A model generated the notes under the pieces. The model made no database searches and was not told the origin of the DNA. It worked only from the letters and a program-made list of their open reading frames with translations. 56,357 nt of DNA from Hyphomicrobiaceae bacterium (GTDB lineage: Bacteria; Pseudomonadota; Alphaproteobacteria; Rhizobiales; HXMU1428-3): contig JAJFHF010000109.1 of NCBI GenBank assembly GCA_021775775.1, positions 1 through 56,357 of the forward strand, in the 5' to 3' direction. Below, one piece after another: positions 31,284 to 41,105 of this stretch (within the stretch, counting starts at the first letter, position 1; every line of letters begins with the position of its first letter). A program made the translations under genes and the position numbers.

Positions 31284-32246
31284 ATGAGAATGATCAAATT
31301 ACAAAAAATTTTAAAATCACAAGCCTTAGCGCTGCTCATGATTTTTCTGATCTTCTCACTGTCTCCAGCTCAAGCAGAAAAAAAGAGCGAGCCACCAAAG
31401 ATATCATTGGGCGAGCTGGCCTATCAAGCCTTTGACGAGGGCAAATACATAGTAGCGCTAAAATTTGCCAAAAAGGCAGCAAAAAATGGTGAGGTGAATT
31501 CAAACACATTGGTCGGCCGCATTTACGCCGGTGGCCTTGGCGTCCCCAAAGATATGAAACAAGCCGCCCACTGGTATGAAAAAGCAGCAAGTCATGGAGA
31601 CGTACACGCCCTCATCGCCCTTGGTCGCCAATATGCACAAGGCGATGGCGTGAAACGCATCCCACTCAAAGCCGCCAACCTATTTGAAAAAGCGGCCCTG
31701 AAAGGAGAACCACAGGCACAATATAACCTAGCCCTAATTTATGCCAATGGGCAGGGGCGCAAAACTGATTTAAAAAAAGCCTTCATGTGGATGAAAAAAG
31801 CAGCTGAAAAAGACCTCCCCGTTGCTCAATACGGCTTAGGAACCTTATATTCAATCGGACAAGGTACACAAAAAGACCCCGCCAAAGCCGCCCTATGGAC
31901 GAAAAAAGCCGCCAAAGCAGGCATGGCAGATGCTCAACTCGACTACGCCATCATGCTCTATAAAGGACGTGGGCTTAAAAAAGATATCAAAACCTCCCTG
32001 TTCTATTTCAAAAGCAGCGCGGTCAAAGGCAATCCGGTTGCACAAAATCGCCTGGCCCGTCTTTATGCTTATGGCATCGGCACTGAACCTGACCCGGTCG
32101 AGGCCGCCAAATGGCATATATTAGCGCGCGCGGCTGGCGTCAGCGATATGAAGATGGATCTATTTATCGCCAAACTACCAAAAGATATGAAAGCTGCGGC
32201 TCAAAATAAAATAAATGAGCTAAAGGGCACCAATGGGCTCTATTAA
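31284..32246 (+). CDS. Sel1-like repeat secreted protein
   Basis: Signal peptide; several G.GV.KD...A..W..KAA..G...AQ..L repeats. Confidence 0.93.
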   Translation: MRMIKLQKILKSQALALLMIFLIFSLSPAQAEKKSEPPKISLGELAYQAFDEGKYIVALKFAKKAAKNGEVNSNTLVGRIYAGGLGVPKDMKQAAHWYEKAASHGDVHALIALGRQYAQGDGVKRIPLKAANLFEKAALKGEPQAQYNLALIYANGQGRKTDLKKAFMWMKKAAEKDLPVAQYGLGTLYSIGQGTQKDPAKAALWTKKAAKAGMADAQLDYAIMLYKGRGLKKDIKTSLFYFKSSAVKGNPVAQNRLARLYAYGIGTEPDPVEAAKWHILARAAGVSDMKMDLFIAKLPKDMKAAAQNKINELKGTNGLY

Positions 32247-32298
32247 CATTAACTGTAGCTAAGATCATGTCTCTTCGAATTTAACCACACCAGATACA

Positions 32299-32427
32299 CA
32301 CTAAACGAAGAAGGGAGTGCGCTTTTTTGAGTACGCACATGACGCCAAGAGCGTCCGGCGTAAGCGCCGCCCTAACGGAGGCTCAAGCGTTTTTTCACGC
32401 TTGAAATAGCCGTGAGTGAAAAAAAGA
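32299..32427. repeat. Dispersed structured intergenic element, copy B (homologous to 1631-1751)
   Basis: Aligns end-to-end with copy A; followed by a RIME-like arm catgtcat...atgacatgctctag (32434-32470). Confidence 0.9.
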
Positions 32428-32514
32428 TAAAACATGTCATATGAATTCAATAAAAAATGACATGCTCTAGCCAGCAAAACACACAATAGACACCGCTCCC
32501 AGGCCTATCTAGCC

Positions 32515-32543
32515 TTGACGCCCCTTACTTTTCACCGTAAGCA
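32515..32543 (+). promoter_or_regulatory. Sigma70-like promoter of efp
   Basis: TTGACG-N17-TAAGCA. Confidence 0.45.
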
Positions 32544-32629
32544 AAACACAAAGCAATCAAAACGAAAAATTTCACCGCGCGTAAAAATATATAACGTGAT
32601 GATGACACTCGTTATAAAAAGGCAAGCAC

Positions 32630-33199
32630 ATGAAAATCAATGGCAATGAAATCCGTCCAGGCAATGTGGTCCAACACAAAGGTGGCCTCTGGGCAGCTGT
32701 GAAAACTCAAGCCGTAAAACCAGGCAAAGGCGGCGCCTTCAACCAAGTTGAATTAAAAAACCTCATTGACGGCACAAAGCTAAATGAGCGTTTTCGCGCC
32801 TCTGAAACCGTTGAGAAAGTTCGCCTTGAACAACATGACCATCAGTTCTTGTATGCCGAAGGTGACATGATGGTGTTTATGGATTTGAACACCTATGAAC
32901 AAATTGAATTAGAGCGCGATTTTATTGGCGAACGAGCCGTCTTCTTACAAGACAACATGAACGTGGTTGTTGAAAGCCATGAAGGCAGAGCAATTGGTAT
33001 CTCCCTTCCTGATCAAGTGACCTTAGAGATCACTGAAGCAGAGCCAGTGGTCAAGGGCCAAACAGCAGCTTCTTCAAACAAACCAGCCATTTTAGAAAAT
33101 GGACTTCGTGTCATGGTCCCCCCCTTTATTGCAGAGGGTGAAAAAGTTGTTATCGACACCAATGAGATGATCTATCTACGCCGTGCAGATAAAGCCTAA
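32630..33199 (+). CDS. efp: Elongation factor P
   Basis: [11 protein letters not shown] loop, NERFR, KGQTA...KPA.LENG..V.VPPFI. Confidence 0.97.
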   Translation: MKINGNEIRPGNVVQHKGGLWAAVKTQAVKPGKGGAFNQVELKNLIDGTKLNERFRASETVEKVRLEQHDHQFLYAEGDMMVFMDLNTYEQIELERDFIGERAVFLQDNMNVVVESHEGRAIGISLPDQVTLEITEAEPVVKGQTAASSNKPAILENGLRVMVPPFIAEGEKVVIDTNEMIYLRRADKA

Positions 33200-33234
33200 C
33201 AACAATATAAAACAACTCCATAAAGGAAACCACC

Positions 33235-34020
33235 GTGCCCGCATCTGCCCTCATGAACGTCATGATAAATGCAACCCGAAAAGCCTCTCGCCGCCTCATA
33301 CGAGACTTTAACGAAGTTGAACAATTACAAGTCTCCGTCAAAGGCCCCTCTGATTTTGTCACGCAAGCCGATTTGGCCTGCGAAAAAACACTCTTTGAGG
33401 AACTCTCAAAAGCACGCGAAGGTTATGGCTTCTTGATGGAAGAACAAGGCACCATACAAGGGTCTGATAAGACCCACCGCTGGATCATTGACCCCCTAGA
33501 TGGCACCACCAACTTTTTGCATGGCATCCCCTTATTTGCCATTTCCATAGCCCTTGAACGTGATGGTGAATTGGTCGCGGCCCTTGTTTACAATCCAGCT
33601 ATGGATGAATTCTACACAGCTGAACGCGGCAAAGGCGCCTTCTTAAACGACCGCCGCCTACGTGTGGCCGGGCGCAAAACCCTAAGCCAGAGCGTTGTCG
33701 TCACCGGCATCCCACACCGCGGCAGAGGCAATCATGACCAACAGCTACAAGAACAACGCGCCGTTATGCAAGAAGTCTCAGGGGTGCGCCGCACAGGCTC
33801 TGCCGCTCTGGACCTTGCCTGGGTTGCATCCGGGCGCTTTGACGCCTATTGGGAACGCGGCATTCAAGCTTGGGATATGGCAGCTGGTATTTTGCTTGTG
33901 CGTGAAGCGGGCGGGATGGTGACAGACATGGATGGCAAAGACGACATGCTTAAAAAAGGTGATATTCTAGCCGCCAGTGTACCAATTCATAAATCCATGT
34001 ACAAAACCCTCACAAAATGA
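33235..34020 (+). CDS. suhB: Inositol monophosphatase family protein SuhB
   Basis: DFVTQAD, WIIDPLDGTTNF, RRTGSAALDL, WDMAAG. Confidence 0.94.
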   Translation: MPASALMNVMINATRKASRRLIRDFNEVEQLQVSVKGPSDFVTQADLACEKTLFEELSKAREGYGFLMEEQGTIQGSDKTHRWIIDPLDGTTNFLHGIPLFAISIALERDGELVAALVYNPAMDEFYTAERGKGAFLNDRRLRVAGRKTLSQSVVVTGIPHRGRGNHDQQLQEQRAVMQEVSGVRRTGSAALDLAWVASGRFDAYWERGIQAWDMAAGILLVREAGGMVTDMDGKDDMLKKGDILAASVPIHKSMYKTLTK

Positions 34021-34249
34021 GAGCCCAACAAACCTGAAAAACATCCCAAACATCAAAGCCATATAAGATCTAATAATTGATCGATTTTAAGGCTATCAAA
34101 ACGGAAAATTTGATTTTAGCTTCATTTACGCTAATGTTGTGCATAATTGAGGAATAAAGGAGCATCCGCTAGACCATACTGATATCTGAAAATTGTTAAA
34201 AACAATGTAATTACATGATAACAATACAGATTAAGAGCATGAACAGGGG

Positions 34250-35233
34250 ATGGAAAAACGCGTGTCAAAAACAATAGTAACTGTCTCAAAGCCGGGTGTA
34301 TATCTATGGCGGATGATTGTTTTCCTAGTCTTAATTGGGTTTTTAGCTGCTATTTTAGCCCCTCAGGCCAAAACTGCTTTTATGGCCAACCCTGCACTAA
34401 ACGGCATGATTATCGCTGTTTTGCTCATTGGCACTCTCTTCTCCATCGGGCAAATTTTGCGCCTTTATCCCGAAATTCGCTGGATTAATAATTTTCGCTT
34501 TTCAGACCCAGGTAGCGCGCGTGGCTCAAAACCACCCAAATTACTCGCCAGCATGGCCAATATGTTGCGCAATCAATCCGGTCCATTAAGCTTATCAACC
34601 AATATCACAGGCTCCATCCTAGATGGGCTCGCCTCTCGCCTAGATGAAGCCAGAGATACACTGCGCTATCTTGTAGGTCTCCTCATCTTTTTAGGCTTAC
34701 TTGGCACCTTTTGGGGTCTGTTAGAAACCATTCAATCTGTTGGCAAAACCATCAGCTCTCTTGATACCAACGAAGCCAGCTTCAGAGATCTAATCACCTC
34801 CCTACAAGCCCCGCTGCAAGGCATGGGCACAGCCTTCTCCTCATCCCTTTTTGGTCTAGCAGGCTCTCTTGTTTTAGGGTTTCTAGATTTACAAGCAGGC
34901 CAAGCTCAAAACCGATTTTATCATGAAACTGAAGAATGGTTGGCCAGCATAACTGTTGTCTCTGGACAATCAACAGAAGGCCAATCTCAAGAAAGCTTTG
35001 CCAATATGGCAGAACTAACCCAAGCGATGACAAATATTGCCCGGCGGTTAGACAAAGGCTCACCAGGGCTTGTGTCACAATCTGGCGTCAATTTAGCTGA
35101 TAGCTTAGAGGGCATGATGAACCAAATGCGCGCTGAGCAAAAAGTCGTTCGCCAATGGATAGATGAACAAGCCAATCAAAATTCTGAAATGCGCCATCTA
35201 ATGGCAGAACTAATGAAAAACAGAAGGTCTTAA
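34250..35233 (+). CDS. MotA/TolQ/ExbB proton-channel family protein
   Basis: TM helices with LGLLGTFWGL and GMGTAFSSSLFGL. Confidence 0.88.
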   Translation: MEKRVSKTIVTVSKPGVYLWRMIVFLVLIGFLAAILAPQAKTAFMANPALNGMIIAVLLIGTLFSIGQILRLYPEIRWINNFRFSDPGSARGSKPPKLLASMANMLRNQSGPLSLSTNITGSILDGLASRLDEARDTLRYLVGLLIFLGLLGTFWGLLETIQSVGKTISSLDTNEASFRDLITSLQAPLQGMGTAFSSSLFGLAGSLVLGFLDLQAGQAQNRFYHETEEWLASITVVSGQSTEGQSQESFANMAELTQAMTNIARRLDKGSPGLVSQSGVNLADSLEGMMNQMRAEQKVVRQWIDEQANQNSEMRHLMAELMKNRRS

Positions 35234-35234
35234 C

Positions 35235-36266
35235 ATGGCGTTTGGACGCGCCCGTAGGCGTTATAATGATGGTGGTTCTTACTGGCCTGGCTTTGTTGAC
35301 GCCATGGCCACACTGCTACTTGTTATGACGTTTTTGCTCTCCATACTCTCAGTGGCTCAATATTTTGCCACCCAAGAATCAACAGGCAAAGACAACGCAT
35401 TACAACGCCTTAACCGCCAAATTTTAGAGCTCACGGACTTACTTGCCTTAGAGAAAAACGACAAAAAAGAAGTCGAATCCAGCATTGCCCTACTCAAAGC
35501 AACCCTAGCCGAGAGCCAAGCCAAAAACAAAAACCTACAAGGCCTAATCGAACTTGAAAACGGCAACAAAAGATCCGTGAATGACCAAATCGATGAACTC
35601 AATAAAAAACTCAAAGGCGAAAAAGAACTCTCTGAAGAAGCCAGCGCCCAAGTCGCCATTCTAAATCAACAATTGGCTGCGCTACGCAGACAAATCGGCG
35701 CCCTAAATCAGGCCCTTGAAACATCAGAAGAAAAAGACCAAGAACAAAAAGACCGCATCAAAGACCTAGGCGCACGGCTAAACGTCGCCCTGGCCAAACG
35801 GGTTCAAGAATTAAGTTCCTATCGCTCTGACTTTTTCGGCCGGCTGCGCAAATTACTTGGCAATCGCCCTGGTATTCAGATTGTTGGCGACAGGTTTGTC
35901 TTCCAATCAGAAGTTCTCTTTCCATCAGGGTCCAATCTATTAAACCCAGCTGGACGAATTGAAATGGGCAAATTAGCCACAGCCTTAAATGAGATTGCCC
36001 GTGAAATTCCATCAAATATCAACTGGGTCCTGCGCGTCGATGGCCACACCGATAGCCAACCAATTAACACAGCTGCTTTCCCCTCAAACTGGGAACTCTC
36101 TTCAGCGCGCGCCATATCCGTTGTCCGTCATCTCATTGCCCAAGGGGTGCCAGCCAACCGTCTGGTCGCTGCCGGGTTTGGCGAATTTCAACCGCTTGAT
36201 TTTTCTGACAACGCACAAGCCTATGCAAAAAATCGCCGTATCGAATTAAAACTAACTGAAAAATAA
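35235..36266 (+). CDS. MotB/OmpA-like peptidoglycan-binding protein with long coiled coil
   Basis: YWPGFVDAMATLLL TM with conserved Asp; VDGHTD, NWELSSARA, GFGEFQP, KNRRIE. Confidence 0.9.
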   Translation: MAFGRARRRYNDGGSYWPGFVDAMATLLLVMTFLLSILSVAQYFATQESTGKDNALQRLNRQILELTDLLALEKNDKKEVESSIALLKATLAESQAKNKNLQGLIELENGNKRSVNDQIDELNKKLKGEKELSEEASAQVAILNQQLAALRRQIGALNQALETSEEKDQEQKDRIKDLGARLNVALAKRVQELSSYRSDFFGRLRKLLGNRPGIQIVGDRFVFQSEVLFPSGSNLLNPAGRIEMGKLATALNEIAREIPSNINWVLRVDGHTDSQPINTAAFPSNWELSSARAISVVRHLIAQGVPANRLVAAGFGEFQPLDFSDNAQAYAKNRRIELKLTEK

Positions 36267-36301
36267 ATCGAAAAAGATAAAACAGAAAGAACTGACAGGC
36301 C

Positions 36302-38125
36302 CTAAGCCTCAACCTTATCACCTTGCAATTGTGTCCGGGCCAATTCAGCATAAAGCCCCCCCTTTTCCAGCAAGGCGCTATGGGTGCCCTCTTCAACAAC
36401 ACAGCCATCATCAATCACCAAAATTCGATCCGCCGTAATCACCGTGGACAACCGGTGAGCAATGATAAGAGACGTCCTGTTCTCCATAATTTCATCCAAA
36501 GCCAATTGGACTTTCTCTTCACTGCCCGTATCGAGCGCACTCGTGGCCTCATCAAGCAATAAAACAGGGGCATCGCGCAAGATAGCCCGTGCCAATGCAA
36601 TGCGTTGACGCTGACCACCAGAAAGGCTCTGCCCCCCCTCGCCCACACGGGTCTCATAGCCCTTTTCAAAACGAGTGATAAAATCATCCGCTTGGGCCGC
36701 CTGGGCCGCATCAATGACATCACCGTGAGAAGCATTTGGTTTTGAAAAAGCAATATTGTCATAAATAGAGGCGTCAAACAAAGCCGGTTCTTGCGGTACA
36801 AAAGCAAAATGGCCGCGCAAATCATTCAAGAGAACATCCTGAACGGGCACACCATCCAATAAAATTTGTCCCTGATCAGGATCATAAAACCGCAATAGCA
36901 TTTGAAACAAGGTGCTCTTACCAGCCCCAGATGGACCAACAATGGCAACCCGTTCACCAGGTGATATCTTAAAGCTAATTTTTTTAAGCACTGGTGTGTC
37001 TTGTCTCATAGGATAAGAAAAAGAAACATTGTTAAAAACAATATCACCGCTCAATGGCTCATTAAATGTTTTGGGTACTGTCGTCTCTTGAACATCACTT
37101 TTAACATCCAAAAATGAAGCCAATCGCTCCGTCGCGCCCGCCGCCTGCGCAACCTCTCCCCAAACTTCAGAAAGAGCCGCCATAGAACTACCAGCAAACA
37201 CGGCATAGAGCATAAATTGCACCAAAACACCGGCACTCATTTGCCCATTAATAACATCATGAGCGCCATACCACAAAATAAAGACAATGCTGGCCATAAC
37301 CAAAAATATGGCAACCGCAGTTAAAAATGCACGCGCTTTGGTGCGCACCAATCCAATTTTGACTGTCTCTTCATTGTTTTTAACAAATCCATCAACAACC
37401 TGCTCTTGCGCCCCATAAGCTTGAACCATATGCACATTTAATAAAGCCTCAGAGCCAAATTGATTAAGCGAGGCCAAAACATCTTGTGCCTTGCTCGATA
37501 AACGGCGCACCAATTTGCCATAAAAGGCCAGCGGCAAAACAATGATGGGAATGGCACAGATCACCTTAAATGAAAGAGAGGGGCTAGATATAATCATCAT
37601 AATCAACGCCCCGCTAAGCACCACAATATTGCGGAGCGCCTGGCTAACATTTGACCGAATAGAGGTATTAATCAATGTTGTATCAGCTGCCAGATGCGAC
37701 ATGATCTCACCCGAATGATTACGATCATAAAAAGAGGCGCTTAAAAACATCAATTTTTGAAAAACATCACGTTTTAAATCTGCAACCAAGCGCTCTCCAA
37801 GCCAATAAGCACAATAGAACCGAACGGAAGACCCAATCGCTAAGATGAAAACAATACCAAGCAACATTTGAAAATGAGTATCAATATCCCCACCAGACCC
37901 GGCCGCATCCGTGCCCCCCAATAACCCTTGATCAATCACGCAGCGGATCCCCAAAGGCAGGGCCAGTGTAGCCATAGCCGCCATCAACAAGGCAACAATA
38001 GAAAGCAACACCATATAAGGGTAGCGTTTTAGATAAGGCACCAGCCGCAATAAAGGGTAAACCTTTTTGGCTGACAAGGACTTAGTCTTAGTTTTTTGAG
38101 AAATTTTATCGAGTGCAACAGTCAT
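36302..38125 (-). CDS. ABC exporter, fused permease/ATPase (MsbA-like)
   Basis: TM domain; GPSGAGKST, LSGGQRQR, LLLDEATSALD, AHRLST. Confidence 0.95.
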   Translation of the reverse strand: MTVALDKISQKTKTKSLSAKKVYPLLRLVPYLKRYPYMVLLSIVALLMAAMATLALPLGIRCVIDQGLLGGTDAAGSGGDIDTHFQMLLGIVFILAIGSSVRFYCAYWLGERLVADLKRDVFQKLMFLSASFYDRNHSGEIMSHLAADTTLINTSIRSNVSQALRNIVVLSGALIMMIISSPSLSFKVICAIPIIVLPLAFYGKLVRRLSSKAQDVLASLNQFGSEALLNVHMVQAYGAQEQVVDGFVKNNEETVKIGLVRTKARAFLTAVAIFLVMASIVFILWYGAHDVINGQMSAGVLVQFMLYAVFAGSSMAALSEVWGEVAQAAGATERLASFLDVKSDVQETTVPKTFNEPLSGDIVFNNVSFSYPMRQDTPVLKKISFKISPGERVAIVGPSGAGKSTLFQMLLRFYDPDQGQILLDGVPVQDVLLNDLRGHFAFVPQEPALFDASIYDNIAFSKPNASHGDVIDAAQAAQADDFITRFEKGYETRVGEGGQSLSGGQRQRIALARAILRDAPVLLLDEATSALDTGSEEKVQLALDEIMENRTSLIIAHRLSTVITADRILVIDDGCVVEEGTHSALLEKGGLYAELARTQLQGDKVEA

Positions 38126-38350
38126 CAGATCAATCTAAACGGCTTACGCCAGAAAACAAGGTTATACCGGCCGCAAACTTAAAGCCAATGTCCAGCTCTG
38201 TCTACACCACAACTCAATAAAATCATAGTTCCAGTTAACATATATCAATGAAAACAAAGAAATACCAATGCAAAGCCCATAACAAAGGGCTCAAAACATA
38301 GCCGCGTCTTAACGGTTCATATACGTTAAGAAAATGAAGATATATAAAAC

Positions 38351-39241
38351 TTAAGCCCCAGCATCAGCTTCAGCTTCAATCATGCGCGCCGCTACAATTG
38401 AATAAAGTTCTGTCCAGGCATGTCTGACATCATCAGTTAAAGCAGACCCCAAACCTTGCTCAAACGTCCACATCAACGCTTCCGCGACATAGACATAATG
38501 CTCATCAACCACGCCATAATTTTTATGACGAGCACCCAAAGCATCAACAATAGGTAAAACCTTCTCTGGCGCTCTCAAAGAGTTCACCAAAACCCTTAAA
38601 GCCGCCATAAGTTTTTTCTTTTGTTCGCTAAGGTCTTCAGGGAACAAAGATTGCAAAGAAGGCTCAATTTCAAATAGTTTTTGATAAAACAAATCAGCAG
38701 CTTGTTCTGAAATCTCTTCAACAAGCGCAAAGCTCTCTTCAATTAAAACCAACTGATCGCCCGTCAACCCCAAAGAACCACCTACATCTTCGGGTTCATC
38801 TGCACCTAAAAGGTCATCTACAGATTCGCCAGAGACCAGAACATCTGCTTCTATTCCTGGTTCAAAGGACATCTCAGCGCCATAAGAGAGAACTTCTTGA
38901 TCATCCTCGCTTTGTAATTCACGAGATAAACAGCCAACATTTACCTCAAGTGCATTCGCATGCAAATTCAAAGTTCTAAGAATTTCTGCAATTTCTTCAG
39001 TTGCTTCTTTCGTTTGTTCAGCTAACAATTTCACTTCACCAGCAACCACCGCAAAGCCCTTACCGCTCTCACCAGCGCGTGCCGCTTCAATTGTCGCGTT
39101 AAGAGCTAATAAATTTGTCTGGCGGGTAACAGCATTAATTTGTGAAGCGACACCTGACACACGGTCAATTTGTTCTTTTAATTGAACAACTTCGGTTTCG
39201 CTATCATTCAAAGTTTTTCTCAAAGCTGGAGAGAGTGGCAT
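38351..39241 (-). CDS. Soluble MCP signalling-tip / globin fusion protein
   Basis: [31 protein letters not shown] at the N-terminus; C-terminal Vgb/flavohemoglobin-type globin (LFYQKLF, LF, EQ..KL, LGARH..YGV, HY..V..AL, AW..LY). Confidence 0.88.
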   Translation of the reverse strand: MPLSPALRKTLNDSETEVVQLKEQIDRVSGVASQINAVTRQTNLLALNATIEAARAGESGKGFAVVAGEVKLLAEQTKEATEEIAEILRTLNLHANALEVNVGCLSRELQSEDDQEVLSYGAEMSFEPGIEADVLVSGESVDDLLGADEPEDVGGSLGLTGDQLVLIEESFALVEEISEQAADLFYQKLFEIEPSLQSLFPEDLSEQKKKLMAALRVLVNSLRAPEKVLPIVDALGARHKNYGVVDEHYVYVAEALMWTFEQGLGSALTDDVRHAWTELYSIVAARMIEAEADAGA

Positions 39242-39380
39242 TATAAATTCACCATTAATTGAATAGAATCATCAAAATCACATAAGAATATTTGTAAATT
39301 TTTGTCAGAGTCTCGTAAAGAAACTCTTAAACTCTCTCCGCATAACTCTTAAATAGGCAACATTCTTACAAATTATGATG

Positions 39381-40025
39381 TCACTTATTTTCTCCACCGG
39401 GCGAAATCAACTTCAACACCCTAGATTGCAAAATAGGAACATAATCACGTTCAAACCATGGGTTTTTCTTTAGCCAATGCGTGTTACGCCACGAAGGATG
39501 AGGAAGCGGCAGATAACAAGGCAACTCTTTGCGGCCCAAATAACGCTCATAGTCAGTTACAATTTCACGCAAAGATATTTTTTTAGCAATTTTCAGATGA
39601 TAATCCATGGCATAACGCCCCACGACCAAAATTAATTCTAATTGCGGTAAAGCTTCCATAAGCTGATCATGCCATGTAGCGCGGCATTCAGCTCGAGGGG
39701 GCAAATCTGCCCCTTTCGCATTTTGCCCCGGAAAGCAAAACCCCATCGGGATAACAGCCACTTTAGAGACATCATAAAATTGCCCCTCACTTACTCCCAT
39801 CCATTCACGCAACCGATCACCAGAGCGATCCGTAAAAGGTCTCCCACTGGCATGAACTTTGGTACCAGGCGCTTGCCCACAAATGGCAAGTTTTGCACGC
39901 GAGGAAACCTGTAATACTGGCCGCGGGGCATGAGGCAAAGGGGCACCCACAGGACAAGCCGAACAAATCTGACAGTCCCTAATCTTAGCAACGAGGCTTT
40001 CAAGTTCAGATGTCACGGCCCTCAC
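39381..40025 (-). CDS. Uracil-DNA glycosylase family protein
   Basis: C..C, GQAPG.KVH.SG.PF.D.SG.RLR, PMGFCFPG, LPHPSWRN. Confidence 0.9.
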   Translation of the reverse strand: MRAVTSELESLVAKIRDCQICSACPVGAPLPHAPRPVLQVSSRAKLAICGQAPGTKVHASGRPFTDRSGDRLREWMGVSEGQFYDVSKVAVIPMGFCFPGQNAKGADLPPRAECRATWHDQLMEALPQLELILVVGRYAMDYHLKIAKKISLREIVTDYERYLGRKELPCYLPLPHPSWRNTHWLKKNPWFERDYVPILQSRVLKLISPGGENK

Positions 40026-40127
40026 CTACATTATGAATATCACAATCTCTTCACAATATCCTGAATTGTGAAATGGCACGATTACAGTAAAATAACCTCA
40101 ACGCAACCAAATGAGGATTTAAAGCTC

Positions 40128-40454
40128 ATGTTAAAATTTCTAAACATTGGAACAGCCTTTTTATGTACGCTTGGTGTCCTTTTCGTCTCCATGAACTCTG
40201 CGCAAGCGGGACGTTACAAACTAAAATGCCAAGGACAATACCAGCTTGTCGATGGAAGCCTAATCTCTACCCCGCCATGCCAAGAAGCATATATTGCCAA
40301 AGTTGCACGCAGTTACGGATATAAAGTAAGCGCCAGACAAATCCGAAAGAATCCAAACAAAAAAGTAAGCCTATGCCAAAGATTGGGGCATGACATCCGC
40401 ATCAGTAACATTTGCGGAGCTTATAACTTAAATGCTGGTGGCATCGCTCATTAA
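40128..40454 (+). CDS. Small secreted protein with four Cys
   Basis: RBS GAGGA; signal peptide ending AQA; mature CQGQYQLV.G..ISTPPCQ...VARSYG...LC..LGHDIRI..IC. Confidence 0.75.
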   Translation: MLKFLNIGTAFLCTLGVLFVSMNSAQAGRYKLKCQGQYQLVDGSLISTPPCQEAYIAKVARSYGYKVSARQIRKNPNKKVSLCQRLGHDIRISNICGAYNLNAGGIAH

Positions 40455-40479
40455 CGATCTAGCAACAGAACCCATACAC

Positions 40480-40518
40480 TTTGACCATAGCTCTTTCATT
40501 TAAAGCGCTATGGTCAAA
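40480..40518. terminator. Hairpin/terminator
   Basis: tttgaccatagc...gctatggtcaaa inverted repeat. Confidence 0.5.
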
Positions 40519-40614
40519 AATTCAAAAAAGATATGCAAACACCACCGCAAACAAACACCATCTTCATATTGTAATTTTGCTTGCGTCATCAGGCAATAAC
40601 GCGATAATGCCTGC

Positions 40615-41103
40615 ATGAGACAAACAGACTTTACTCAGTTTAGCACCATCTTGAAAAAGGTGGTCTCAACAACAAAACAAAGCGCGATTGGCATTTCTTT
40701 GCTGATCGCCCTGAGCCCGTTATATGGCTGTTCAGGGTTAGGCTACACACCTCCTCCAGGAGCAAAGGTTGGTGACGCATTTTTAAACTTATCCATCGCC
40801 ACCAATAACGCCAGCCATATGCCACAAGGCGCTGATATTGTCATTAGCATTGAAAACCCAACAGCCATAGATGATCAAAACAAAGTCATCATCGGTGATG
40901 TCATAAAATTATCTCAATCAGACACAGGCGTTAAAATAAATTTCCCCATCGATCGCCACCTTTTAAGCGAATGCGGCAAATCAAAACCATGTCAGATCCA
41001 TGTTAAAATTGCCAAAAACGGCTCCATTCAATTTATATCAAAAACGCCTGTACCAATTAAAGCCGGACAAACCAAAGCTTCAATCACCGTTTCACGCATT
41101 TAA
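40615..41103 (+). CDS. Putative lipoprotein (YbaY/YscW-like)
   Basis: Hydrophobic stretch ending LYGC; beta-rich mature part (PQGADIVISIEN...INFPID...IHVKI..NG.IQFIS). Confidence 0.55.
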   Translation: MRQTDFTQFSTILKKVVSTTKQSAIGISLLIALSPLYGCSGLGYTPPPGAKVGDAFLNLSIATNNASHMPQGADIVISIENPTAIDDQNKVIIGDVIKLSQSDTGVKINFPIDRHLLSECGKSKPCQIHVKIAKNGSIQFISKTPVPIKAGQTKASITVSRI

Positions 41104-41105
41104 AG

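Noticed and set aside
34250-36266. Zorya anti-phage system (ZorAB)
   Set aside because: No zorC/D/E or other defence genes adjacent; housekeeping efp-suhB context; no long ZorA-type tail
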